The notes below the pieces were generated by a model. That model had not been told where the DNA came from. It saw nothing but the letters and a program-made list of their open reading frames with translations, and made no database searches. This document shows positions 1 to 18,590 of a DNA stretch of 64,000 bases, piece after piece (within the stretch, counting starts at the first letter, position 1; the number at the start of each line of letters is the position of its first letter). This DNA is from Macrostomum hystrix (lineage: Eukaryota; Animalia; Platyhelminthes): assembly GCA_950097015.1 (NCBI GenBank), contig CATNEN010000031.1, forward strand, positions 868,001-932,000, written 5' to 3'. The translations under genes and the position numbers were made by a program.

Positions 1-1
1 G

Positions 2-7807
<7,806 letters not shown>

Positions 7808-9034
7808 GCTCAAGAAGCTCTCTTCTGCTTGTGTTGTGTACACAATTGCTGAGGCACTGCAGAGCTTGAGCATATTCTCAGATTTATTACCATTTATAAC
7901 ACTTCTGCTCTGTTCCCAAAATGCTTATTTGCTGTAATCCCATTCTTAAATTGCAACTTCCTAGCCGCTATAGAATTTCAAATAACTTGCCCCAATCTGA
8001 CTTTGAAATCCTGTCGTTTGTTGTCGCAAGAATCAGCAAACCATAGACAGCTTCTTGACAATCCAGTGTAACATAATTTGCGATATTACGTATTGACGAG
8101 ACAATTTTGCCAGTTCTGTTTGAGAAGCAGAAGCATTGTTATTATTTATTGCTTGTTTCAAAACTTCTGTCTGTCTTATCTGAGTTTCTGCTCTGTCCCT
8201 CTGTTGTCCAACTGCACAAAAATAGGCTTTTTATTGCAATGTTAAACCTGGATTTAAGTAAACTCTTTACTTTACATGCGCAATCAAATACAAATCTAAA
8301 ATAAAAATATGAGACACGCACTATTGTCCAATTACCACACTGGCACCTTTACTTGCTAAAATAAATTTTGCAACACTAAATAAAGCACCGGACCAATTGG
8401 ACTTACTCCATCCATTCAGTCAGTCAATTGCATAGTAGCAAAATGCGAGCAAAAAATGGCTCAGCAGCCATTGCCGTGGGCAAATTAAGTGGGCATTATT
8501 ATGGCTATTTGCCGGGTTCACTTTTGCCTGTTAAACTGCTGACTGTTCCTAATGTGCCATTGTATTTGGGCCCATTGCCTGCCAGGTGGAAATGCATAAA
8601 AAACCAGCTTGCTGTAGTTTGTACGGACAAGGGGATGATTTGTTCCCGGCCTGCTCTTGACTGCTGTCAATCAAAATTCGACCTCAAACTATGCCGCCAG
8701 GTAGGCTACTCAAACCTCGCCCTGTGCAAGCCTCAACTCAACTTAACTTATGCTTCAAATGTCGGCGCAAAGGTTCAATGAAAACATAATTATTGTAAAA
8801 TACTTATAAATGAAAAAAGACCAAATATACTTCAGCAAGGAATATAGACAACAGTCCGGCAGTAAAGAATGCCATAGAGAACGACAGATAATGATTTATT
8901 AATTTCTCTCCATTATTGTATACCATTAATTTCTCCTTTAATTATACATGTACACATGATTGATAAAAACGATGAGATCAATAGGAGCGATTGGTAGTTA
9001 TAGAGTGCAATAAAGAATGATAGATAGTAGCATA

Positions 9035-9282
9035 GAATGATAGAGAGTGACAGTGAACGATAGGGAGTGACAGCGAATGATAGGGAGTGACAGTGAATGA
9101 TAGAGAGTGACAGAGAACGATAGGGAGTGACAGAGAATGATAGGGAGTGACAGAGAACGATAGAGAGTGACAGTGAATGATAGAGATTGACAGTGAATGA
9201 TAGAGAGGGACAGAGAACGATAGGGAGTGACAGAGAATGATAGAGAGTGACAGTGAATGATAGAGAGTGACAGTGAATGATA
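9035..9282. repeat. 20-bp minisatellite (AGAGTGACAGTGAATGATAG), about 12 copies
   Basis: Read directly. Confidence 0.9.
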
Positions 9283-10206
9283 GCTCCTGACAGCAAAAGC
9301 CCTCAGTCACAGGCAGTGCAGGCAGTCGGGGTCAGCCTATGCTACAGTAGCTAACCCACAGTGGACACAAGTGTGAGTGTAAGGCATCCGTGTGTGCCGC
9401 AAAAACACAAGTGGGTGATCAAACTCGCAGCCGAGTGGACTAGCAGCTGTTAACCGGGGGGGGGTGGGTCGGGGAGGTTAGGGCCTCTTAGCCAGGTGAG
9501 CGTGAAAAAAGCAGCGTTCGATGGCCGAGCTCAGGGAGAAATAAGCTACACAAACACCCAGCGCTCTCTCGCACACTGGCCGCTTATTCGGCACGCTCAA
9601 TCCAGCTCAGGTTAGTCTCAGATATGCCCCACTATGGGAATTGTGCCTATAGCTGTGTTTGCCTAGAGTCGCGAGTTGTAGCTCCGGCCGTAAGCACTCC
9701 AGATCACCGCAACACTTGAGCCTTTGGCTCCCGCTTTCACTAGCCAATAACTCAATCTTCTTTTTCTCAGAACCGCAGCTCTACTTGATTATTTTTTCTT
9801 CCAACTGGCTTCTAACTCACTCTCTCACTCTCTCTCCCTATTTTTCCCCATTTCCCTGTTATGAAAAAAAGGCGAAAGCGCCATTGCTTGCCGGGGAGAA
9901 GAACTGAATAGTTTAACGAAATATTCAAGAGCAGATTTGTCGGGTGGAATTCCTGCTCAACTACCGAGGTAGGCTGGGGTTGACGCGAGCGGATAAGGGC
10001 CAGGTGTTGCGCGCCCCCCACAAGCTGTGAGTTCCTGAGTTCATAATCCCAATGCTAGAGCTCACTCTCAACAGACCTGCCGATTTCAGTGTCGCGTGTT
10101 TTAACTAAGTATTGCATTCCGTTTTCATAGCTGCGAAACACTAAGGAAGTAAATCAGGAATTTGAGAACTCACTGGACCAGTCAGAGATGAGCTTAATCA
10201 ATTCTA

Positions 10207-11640
10207 GTTCTCACAGTCTAGCAATCCATTCTGCTTCTTATAATCACAGTCTAGCAATCCATTCTGCTTCTTATCATCACAGTCTAGCAATCCATTCTGC
10301 TTCTCATCATCACAGTCTAGCAATCCATTCTGCTTCTCATCATCACAGTCTAGCAATCCATTCTGCTTCTTATAATCACAGTCTAGCAATCCATTCTGCT
10401 TCTTATAATCACAGTCTAGCAATCCATTATGTTTCTCATCATCACAGTCTAGCAATCCATTCTGTTTCTCATCATCGTCACAGTCTAGCAATCCATTCTG
10501 TTTCTCATCATCACAGTCTAGCAATCCATTCTGTTTCTCATCTTAGTCACAGTCTAGCAATCCATTCTGTTTCTCATCATAGTCACAGTCTAGCAATCCA
10601 TTCTGTTTCTCATCATCACAGTCTAGCAATCCATTCTGTTTCTCATCATCGTCACAGTCTAGCAATCCATTCTGTTTCTCATCATCACAGTCTAGCAATC
10701 CATTCTGTTTCTCATCTTAGTCACAGTCTAGCAATCCATTCTGTTTCTCATCATAGTCACAGTCTAGCAATCCATTCTGTTTCTCATCATCACAGTCTAG
10801 CAATCCATTCTGTTTCTCATCATAGTCACAGTCTAGCAATCCATTCTGTTTCTCATCATCACAGTCTAGCAATCCATTCTGTTTCTCATCTTAGTCACAG
10901 TCTAGCAATCCATTCTGTTTCTCATCATAGTCACAGTCTAGCAATCCATTCAGTTTCTCATCATAGTCACAGTCCAGCAATCCATTCAGTTTCTCATCAT
11001 CGTCACAGTCTAGCAATCCATTCTGTTTCTCATCATCACAGTCTAGCAATCCATTCTGTTTCTCATCTTAGTCACAGTCTAGCAATCCATTCTGTTTCTC
11101 ATCATAGTCACAGTCCAGCAATCCATTCTGTTTCTCATCATAGTCACAGTCTAGCAATCCATTCTGTTTCTCATCATAGTCACAGTCCAGCAATCCATTC
11201 TGTTTCTCATCATAGTCACAGTCCAGCAATCCATTCTGTTTCTCATCATAGTCACAGTCCAGCAATCCATTCTGTTTCTCATCATAGTCACAGTCCAGCA
11301 ATCCATTCTGTTTCTCATCATAGTCACAGTCTAGCAATCCATTCTGTTTCTCATCATAGTCACAGTCTAGCAATCCATTCTGTTTCTCATCATAGTCACA
11401 GTCTAGCAATCCATTCTGTTTCTCATCATAGTCACAGTCCAGCAATCCATTCTGTTTATCATCATAGTCACAGTCTAGCAATCCATTCTGTTTCTCATCA
11501 TAGTCACAGTCTAGCAATCCATTCTGTTTCTCATCATAGTCACAGTCCAGCAATCCATTCTGTTTATCATCATAGTCACAGTCCAGCAATCCATTCTGTT
11601 TCTCATCATAGTCACAGTCCAGCAATCCAATCTGCCTCTC
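10207..11640. repeat. 33/36-bp minisatellite (CACAGTCTAGCAATCCATTCTGTTTCTCATCAT[AGT]), about 40 copies
   Basis: Tandem copies; unit length shifts from 33 to 36 bp along the array. Confidence 0.95.
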
Positions 11641-11898
11641 ATAGATTGAGAACTATTTCCTGATTTTGAGCCATTAGAAACTGCAGGTAACCTTGACTTT
11701 TGCATCTCATTCTAAGTATTCTGTCGGCATCAACTCCTGACAGTCAATGCTAGTCCGCCGCACATTTAAAGACTGCAACTCCATTATATTTTAAAGGATG
11801 CACAAAAGGTGTTAAAGATGCCGCCGCCAAAAAGCAGAATGAAAGCCTGAAAATGCACCAGCTCAGCTGATGTGTTTGTGGTGGCACTCACTTAAGCA

Positions 11899-11952
<54 letters not shown>

Positions 11953-13614
11953 CACACGCGTGCGCTCACGTCAAAAAGCCTTTCAACTTTTCCGCCATCG
12001 AATATGCCCGTGTGTACTCTGGGCACAAATCTCTCCTTTCCTCTCCTTTTTCCCGCTTTGATGATCCTATATGATGCCAGGGCTGGGAGATGAGAGACGG
12101 ACCCAGACAGTCAGGCAAGGAGCAGCCGATCAAATTCAAACATTGGGGAGGGGGCAGTGTTGACACCGGCGGGCTCATCCAGACACTCCATGATGACCTC
12201 TCAAAATCAGTTCGGAATTCAATGCCGCAAAATTTGTCACTTCTCATTTCACCTGGTGGCGATCAGAAAAGGACCAATCTAAACCGAAGCGACTTCAGCC
12301 CCGCTGTCTGCTATTTTTTGTTAATACTATCCATTCAAATATGAGCCAGCTGTCAGTGAAAGCCCGCCAGTCCTTCACTGTCAATCATTGTGCGCGGAGC
12401 AAATCAAGCTGATTAGCACAGGCCGACTGCAGCAGCAACCCTATGCTCACATGGGCTAGCTATACTCAGCTGTCTATTGGGATAAAAGATGAGGGCTCGT
12501 GAGGCGCCCGTCAACCCGCCACCTTCCACACCGCATGGCCCGGGCGTCTGACAATGCGCCTGCATATGAGCGCGCGAAAATTTTAGGAGGTGAGAGACGA
12601 GTTGAGAGGGTGGCAGACAGGCAAGTGGGCTGGTCGGACTCCAAAAACTTTCACCAAGCCCGCGGGTGGCAAGCAGGTGAAGAGTTAGGGAGCAGAAAAT
12701 CAGTCCGCTCAGTTTTCCTCTTCTCACATTCCGGAAATGGGCATGGAAAGCCTTCGCGAAATAGAAGAGCTGTTGTGCTGTATCATCCAAGACCAAACGC
12801 TTGACTCTTGACTAGCCTGCCAGTGCTGTTGAAAGGCAGAGAGAGAGAGTGGAGAGAGCATTCTCACCGGCTTCCTGCCACCTTTCTGTTTCTCTGAGTC
12901 CTAAAGTGGAGCTTCCTGGAGCTCTGTGAGCAGCCGCGCGCTGCCGTTTCGGCCCCGGCAGCAGCGGGTCGTAAGTGGCCCGCGACCCGCTCAAATTCAC
13001 TTTCCTATAGCATTTCCCCCCCAAGGCCCCATTATCTGTCTCTGCGGCTCTCCTGCAGCCGCAGCAGCAGATTAAAGCTTTTGTTATACTTACAACTTTC
13101 ACAAGGGAGAGTTGCTCATGCCAGGACTCACTCTCACGCACAAGAGCTTTTCCCTCCTTTTGTTGCGACTGTTGTCTGACGGACAGCCACACTGCCGCGA
13201 ATGCTGGTGAATGAATCATTGCTTGCGGCTACAGGCTGGGGGTGTTAGTTCTGGCAGGCAATGGCAGCCACGCCGTTTCTAAGAAACACGCCAAGCTCCG
13301 TCGGCTGCTCCCGGGATTAGCCGGCTGGGCGGGGCGCAGACTGGGGGTGTGGAGGGAAACGCGAAGATTAATACACATGAAGACGGGCCCATGCAACTCT
13401 TCATTTGGGGAGTTAATTTAGTTTCTGGCCCGCTGGCCAGATGTCACCGTGGCAGGAGGTTTTCGGGTCTTCGGGAAGAAGTTTCAACTGCATAATCAGC
13501 AACCTGCCGAACCTTGAAAATTACAAAACGATTGCCTGTACCTTCGTTGAAAAATTCTCCCAATCAGTCTGCGTGCTTTTTTTCAGATAAACACCGCCTC
13601 AAAAGCCTGTTTCC

Positions 13615-14180
13615 ATTGGATTCTGCGAATTGGGATTCTGCTGATTGGGATTCGGTAGATTGGGATTCTGTAGATTGGGATTCGGTAGATTGGGATTCGG
13701 TAGATTGGGATTCGGTAGATTGGGATTCTGTAGATTGGGATTCTGTAGATTGGGATTCGGTAGATTGGGATTCGGTAGATTGGGATTCGGTAGATTGGGA
13801 TTCGGTAGATTGGGATTCGGTAGATTGGGATTCGGTAGATTGGGATTCGGTAGATTGGGATTCGGTAGATTGGGATTCGGTAGATTGGGATTCGGTAGAT
13901 TGGGATTCGGTAGATTGGGATTCGGTAGATTGGGATTCGGTAGATTGGGATTCGGTAGATTGGGATTCGGTAGATTGGGATTCGGTAGATTGGGATTCGG
14001 TAGATTGGGATTCGGTAGATTGGGATTCGGTAGATTGGGATTCGGTAGATTGGGATTCGGTAGATTGGGATTCGGTAGATTGGGATTCGGTAGATTGGGA
14101 TTCGGTAGATTGGGATTCTGTAGATTGGGATTCTGTAGATTGGGATTCTGTAGATTGGGATTCGGTAGATTGGGATTCTA
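13615..14180. repeat. 15-bp near-perfect satellite (GATTGGGATTCGGTA), about 37 copies
   Basis: Read directly. Confidence 0.97.
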
Positions 14181-15250
14181 CAGATTGTTAGTCTCAAGAT
14201 TGGTATAAACATAAAATGCAAAAATGAAGTTGCAATGATGGTCTTCGTTGAGCACTGAGGCTATTACAAGTATTATTTGAGCACTCGAGTAATTCTCGCC
14301 CATGTCAGACATGTTCACCCACATGTAGGGCTCGGTACAATGCCAGCGGGCGGTCTGTCACATACTCGTTCGCTCGGCAATTTTCCTAACAACAAAAAAT
14401 TAGCCGTGTTGTTCGAGCGCCAACTGCCAGAAAGTGATAAATTGAAAGCAAAAGCAATATGGCAGCAGCGCAACACTGTGTTTCTAAGCGCCTTTAAGTG
14501 AGAGTTTTACCAGCGTGTGTGGCCACAGCGTGTGACTTTCCACAGCGAGGGGTCCGGGCCCCACCGCAATGTCCAATACTAAATATCCAGTGAGCAGTGA
14601 GCAGTGAGCAGCAGATGGCTGTGTCGGAAACACACCCAGCCATATTGCTCTTGGCTCAATCAAACCTGCCACTGTTGTCTGTAGTAACTAATAGAACATG
14701 CCTCTTTTAGGCGAGAAGTGGTTTAGCAAAGGAGCGAGAAAATTTGTTCCAGCTTTTATATTGGCCCGCTTATTTGTTAGTGAAGGAGAGACCAATACAA
14801 GGGAGTATTATTGGCACAAAAAGTGGCTTCAATTGAAAGTGGAGCGAGGGAGCGCGCCCTATGCTCTCCTAGAGGTAGAGTGCTCAAGTGAGAGGCAGGC
14901 GGAGAGTCGGCAGCGGGGGGCCCCGATCGAATCCAGGGCCCACTCGGCCACAGAGACGGAGATGGTGCGGGCGCGGGACCCCCTGCGGCTGGTTGGCTGG
15001 CTGAGGTTGCTAAGATTTTTATTAAAAATTTGTTCGAACAAAAGACAGCTACATATCATTATTATTATTATTATTATTTGGCACTAATATAGGCAGCTGA
15101 GGTGGGTTTGGGTGGTTTGGGCGACCCCACTTTCACCCGTATGGTGCTGTCTGTAGCTTTCTAATGGCAGACTTGATTGCGGCGGCTTCCGCCCCGCTGT
15201 GCCCAGTCGCTGGCCGCCGATGCCTGTCAAATTATCTCCGGACTCGTTAG

Positions 15251-15751
15251 AGAAAGTGGGCGGAGCATTGTGTGACAGAGGGTCTGGCCTGCCTGCTTTG
15301 ACAAGCGGTGCAGTTCGATGCAGTGTCTAATGCGTGCTTTAGACAACTGAAGCACGGAGATTGCGACGAATTTCCAATAAAAACTTTTACTTTCAAATGC
15401 ATACTAATAGTAGTGTTGTAGTAATAAAATATTTAAATAATTATTTATCAAGCGTTTTTAATATCGATCGTCGTTATGATTGTAAATTTCCTTAAAGGTT
15501 TTAATGTTTCAGAAATTCAGAACATATATAACATAATCCATAAAACATAAAACATACATAACATTACTACTGTATACATGCGTTTCTGGATTCGATAGAA
15601 AAAGTGGGTGGAGCATTGTGACAGAGGGTGACGGCCTGCTTTGACAAGCTGTGCAGTTCGATACACTGTCTTAGTCGTGCGAAAAAGGCACGAAGATAGC
15701 GGCGAATTTCCATAAAAACGTTTACTTTCAAATGCATACTAATAGTAGTGT
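15251..15751. repeat. Diverged direct duplication of about 160 bp (15251-15416 and 15598-15751)
   Basis: Shared GAAAGTGGG(C/T)GGAGCATTG...GCCTGCTTTGACAAGC...TTTTACTTTCAAATGCATACTAATAGTAGTGT. Confidence 0.85.
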
Positions 15752-15844
15752 GTTTTTACTTCAAATTCTACAGAATCGCTCAAACAATAGTCAATAGTGT
15801 AGAAATAATAAAGTTTCCAACCTTTGACTTAAAAATCATTACTA

Positions 15845-16973
15845 CACCATTTACCCTCAATTTTGAACAACGAAAACTTCAATAGTGACAAACTCCGATT
15901 CAAATTCGACAGTTAGCGGCAAGGCACGTCAAAGCTACATTCAATTTTGACACAGTCAACTTCAATTTTGAAAAGGTCCGATTTAGCCCATGCGCGAGCC
16001 AAATCCTCACTCCTCAAGTTGTCTAAAACTCTGATTCAATTTTGACACACCGAACGACAAAAGTTACACTCTATGGTAAATTCTCCTGAATATCCGCTTC
16101 AATTTTATCAACTCCACTTCAATATAGACAGTCTACGTCCAATCTTGACGGACTTTTCATGACTATACAGTACATGAACCATCGGGAGCTTTTGCCATAA
16201 ACGAAATGGTCTTGTCCAGGGTAAAAGTTAGATGAGAGCCTTCTCTTCTCCGTGTCACTCTAGTTTAATCCGCCACCTTGACTCGCTTCCGTTCCGTCCT
16301 TATTTTTATACTCCATAACTTAGAAAATTTAAATGATCGACGAGGACGCGGAATCGTTTCTGGAAGAAGGTTCGGAGTCAACCGACGATCCGATTGACGA
16401 AGAGCAGCAGCCGGAACAAAGATGAAACCAGTCAGTTTCTGTTCAGGACCGACAGCGCCTAATTACAGCTCATGAGAACGGAGAGGACTTCGTACACCTT
16501 GCGATCCAACTGGGGATAAAGAGGACCACTGCTTATGCCATTGTTCGGACCGGCAGAGCTAATAAATGTTAACTGGCGTTTTTAATGAAGGCTTTACGTG
16601 AGGAAATGGGACGAATATATCCAACAGATGTTACGCTCCACCGACCACCTTTCTGTCTTACCAGTCCGTCAAAATTGGACGTAGACTGTCTATATTGAAG
16701 TGGAGTTGATAAAATTGAAGCGGATATTCAGGAGAATTTACCATAGAGTGTAACTTTTGTCGTTCGCAGTGTCAAAATTGAATCAGAGTTTTAGACAACT
16801 TGAGGAGTGAGGAATTGGCTCGCGCATGGGCTAAATCGGACCTTTTCAAAATTGAAGTTGACTGTGTCAACATTGAATGTAGCTTTGACGTGCCTTGCCG
16901 TTAACTGTCGAATTTGAATCGGAGTTTGTCACTTTTGAAGTTTTCGTTGTTCAAAACTGAGGGTAAAATGGTG
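15845..16973 (+). mobile_element. Non-autonomous, internally deleted Tc1/mariner (IS630-Tc1-mariner) DNA transposon with ~310-bp TIRs and TA target duplication
   Basis: 15845-16154 is the near-perfect reverse complement of 16663-16973. Ends read TA|CACCATTTACCC...GGGTAAAATGGTG|TA. TTCAATTTTGA motifs repeat inside the TIRs. Confidence 0.88.
16333..16572 (+). pseudogene. Truncated transposase N-terminus (HTH DNA-binding remnant) with an in-frame TGA at 16423
   Basis: MIDEDAESFLEEGSESTDDPIDEEQQPEQR*NQSVSVQDRQRLITAHENGEDFVHLAIQLGIKRTTAYAIVRTGRANKC*. The DRQRLI...LGIKRTTAYAIV segment fits a Tc1-type first HTH. No DDE domain is present. Confidence 0.65.
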
Positions 16974-17581
16974 TAATCGAGTTCTCAAGTGTAGATCGTC
17001 GTTTATGATTTAAATTTTAAAATGGCTGTTAAATATAATTTCAAAACTTATGAAACACAAATCAGAAAGTTATAGTTTGCCAAAAGTGATCAATTAAAAA
17101 GTTATTTGTTAAGTTTTTATTATTTGTTAAAAATAAAAAATTATACTTGTTTTGATTTCATTCAAAACAAGTGAGTTTTTGTTCATTAGTTTTAATTTGT
17201 TAGTGTTAATGTTAACGTTAATGCAGTTGAATTTGTTAAACAGGTATTTGCTAAGACTCACTGTACCTTCGTTGAAAAATTCTCCCAATCAGGCTAAGAC
17301 CCACTTTATTTCAAATCAATGGTTAAAGATTACTTTTTTTAAATCAATTAGTTTACCATCAAAAGTAAAAAAAAATCAACAGTTAAAAAATCAATAGTTT
17401 AAAATCAATAGTTCAAATTTTGTTTTAAACTTAATGATTTCGAAATCAATAGTTTAAAATCAATAGTGTCAAATCAAGGGCGTTAAAATCATTAAGTTTG
17501 ATACATCGAAAACATAAAATTGACAGTTCTGGTGTTAAAATCAAAGCGGTCAAGAGCAATTTATAAAAAACAGTGGCACTT

Positions 17582-17616
17582 TGTCATACCACTATACGAG
17601 GTATAGTGGTATGACA
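17582..17616. other. Perfect 16-bp hairpin (TGTCATACCACTATAC-GAG-GTATAGTGGTATGACA), possibly the terminus of a Helitron/Helentron-type non-autonomous element extending to about 17790
   Basis: The hairpin is seen directly. The element assignment is inference from the ATACC...GGTAT stem and the (ACAG)n tract near 17752. Confidence 0.45.
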
Positions 17617-18590
17617 GGTACTCGTAGCCTTACCTATAAGTAATAAATGAATCAGCAGCCTACTCGCAAGTAGAGCTTAGAGTAAATTTTGTGTTGATTA
17701 AGAAAATAATTTCACAATTTATGCTCCTTGATGACGTATATACCGACGCGAACAGACAGACAGTCCTCATAATCTAATATTAGGCTAGCATGACTAGCAA
17801 TAGCCTGACTAGCAAACTAGGACACAAGAAAGCTTGAAAAAGTAAAATTCGCATATTGAGGCTTTTTCTGCTATTCAATCCTAGCTACAGCCTTTGCATA
17901 TCATCGCATATCTCCAGTGTCTCATCTTTCCCGTGTATCGTACCTCTACAGCGTCTTATCTCTCTCCCCTGTCTTTTTCTACTACTGTCTCATCTGTCTA
18001 TACCATGCCTTATCTCTCCCGTATCTTATCTCTCCCGAATCTTATCTCTCACGTCCCGAGTCTCTTCTCTCTTCTGTATCTCTCTCCCGACAAGGAAGCA
18101 TTTTGTACATTCATTGTCCGGGATGGTCTGCTGCAGTGTCAGTGCAGGCATTTGCTTACAGTGTCGGAAATCAGCCACCAGAGAGGGATGTAAAATAGTA
18201 GTCAATTTTTCAGCTCTATCAATCGTCCTCCTTTCTCCCCTCTCCTCTCTCTCACTCACTCCGATTTCTTCCCATCGAAGCTCCCGCCAGTGTAGCTAAG
18301 TTCACTCTCCATTCCCATAGGGAAATTAGAGGAGAAAATAATTTCTAATCGATCCACAGAAGTATAAATGCATATGTAATATACGCAAACAGTAAAACGC
18401 AGCGATATCTTGCTAATGTAATTCGTTAAAAAGACTGTACTATACACAGTGCTGAATGAAAATTATGCTAATATTTGTAGCTCGATTGTTTGCTTGCTCA
18501 TTAGATTTAGTATTTTTTATTTGCACTACCATTATTGTAACGGTAAAAGCCATAAAACATGCGTTGCATAGTGATAGCTTAGCATGGAGT

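Noticed and set aside
10188-14221. His/Ser-rich and (DWDSV)n ORFs
   Set aside because: Translations of the 33/36-bp and 15-bp arrays, with no splice or unique-domain context.
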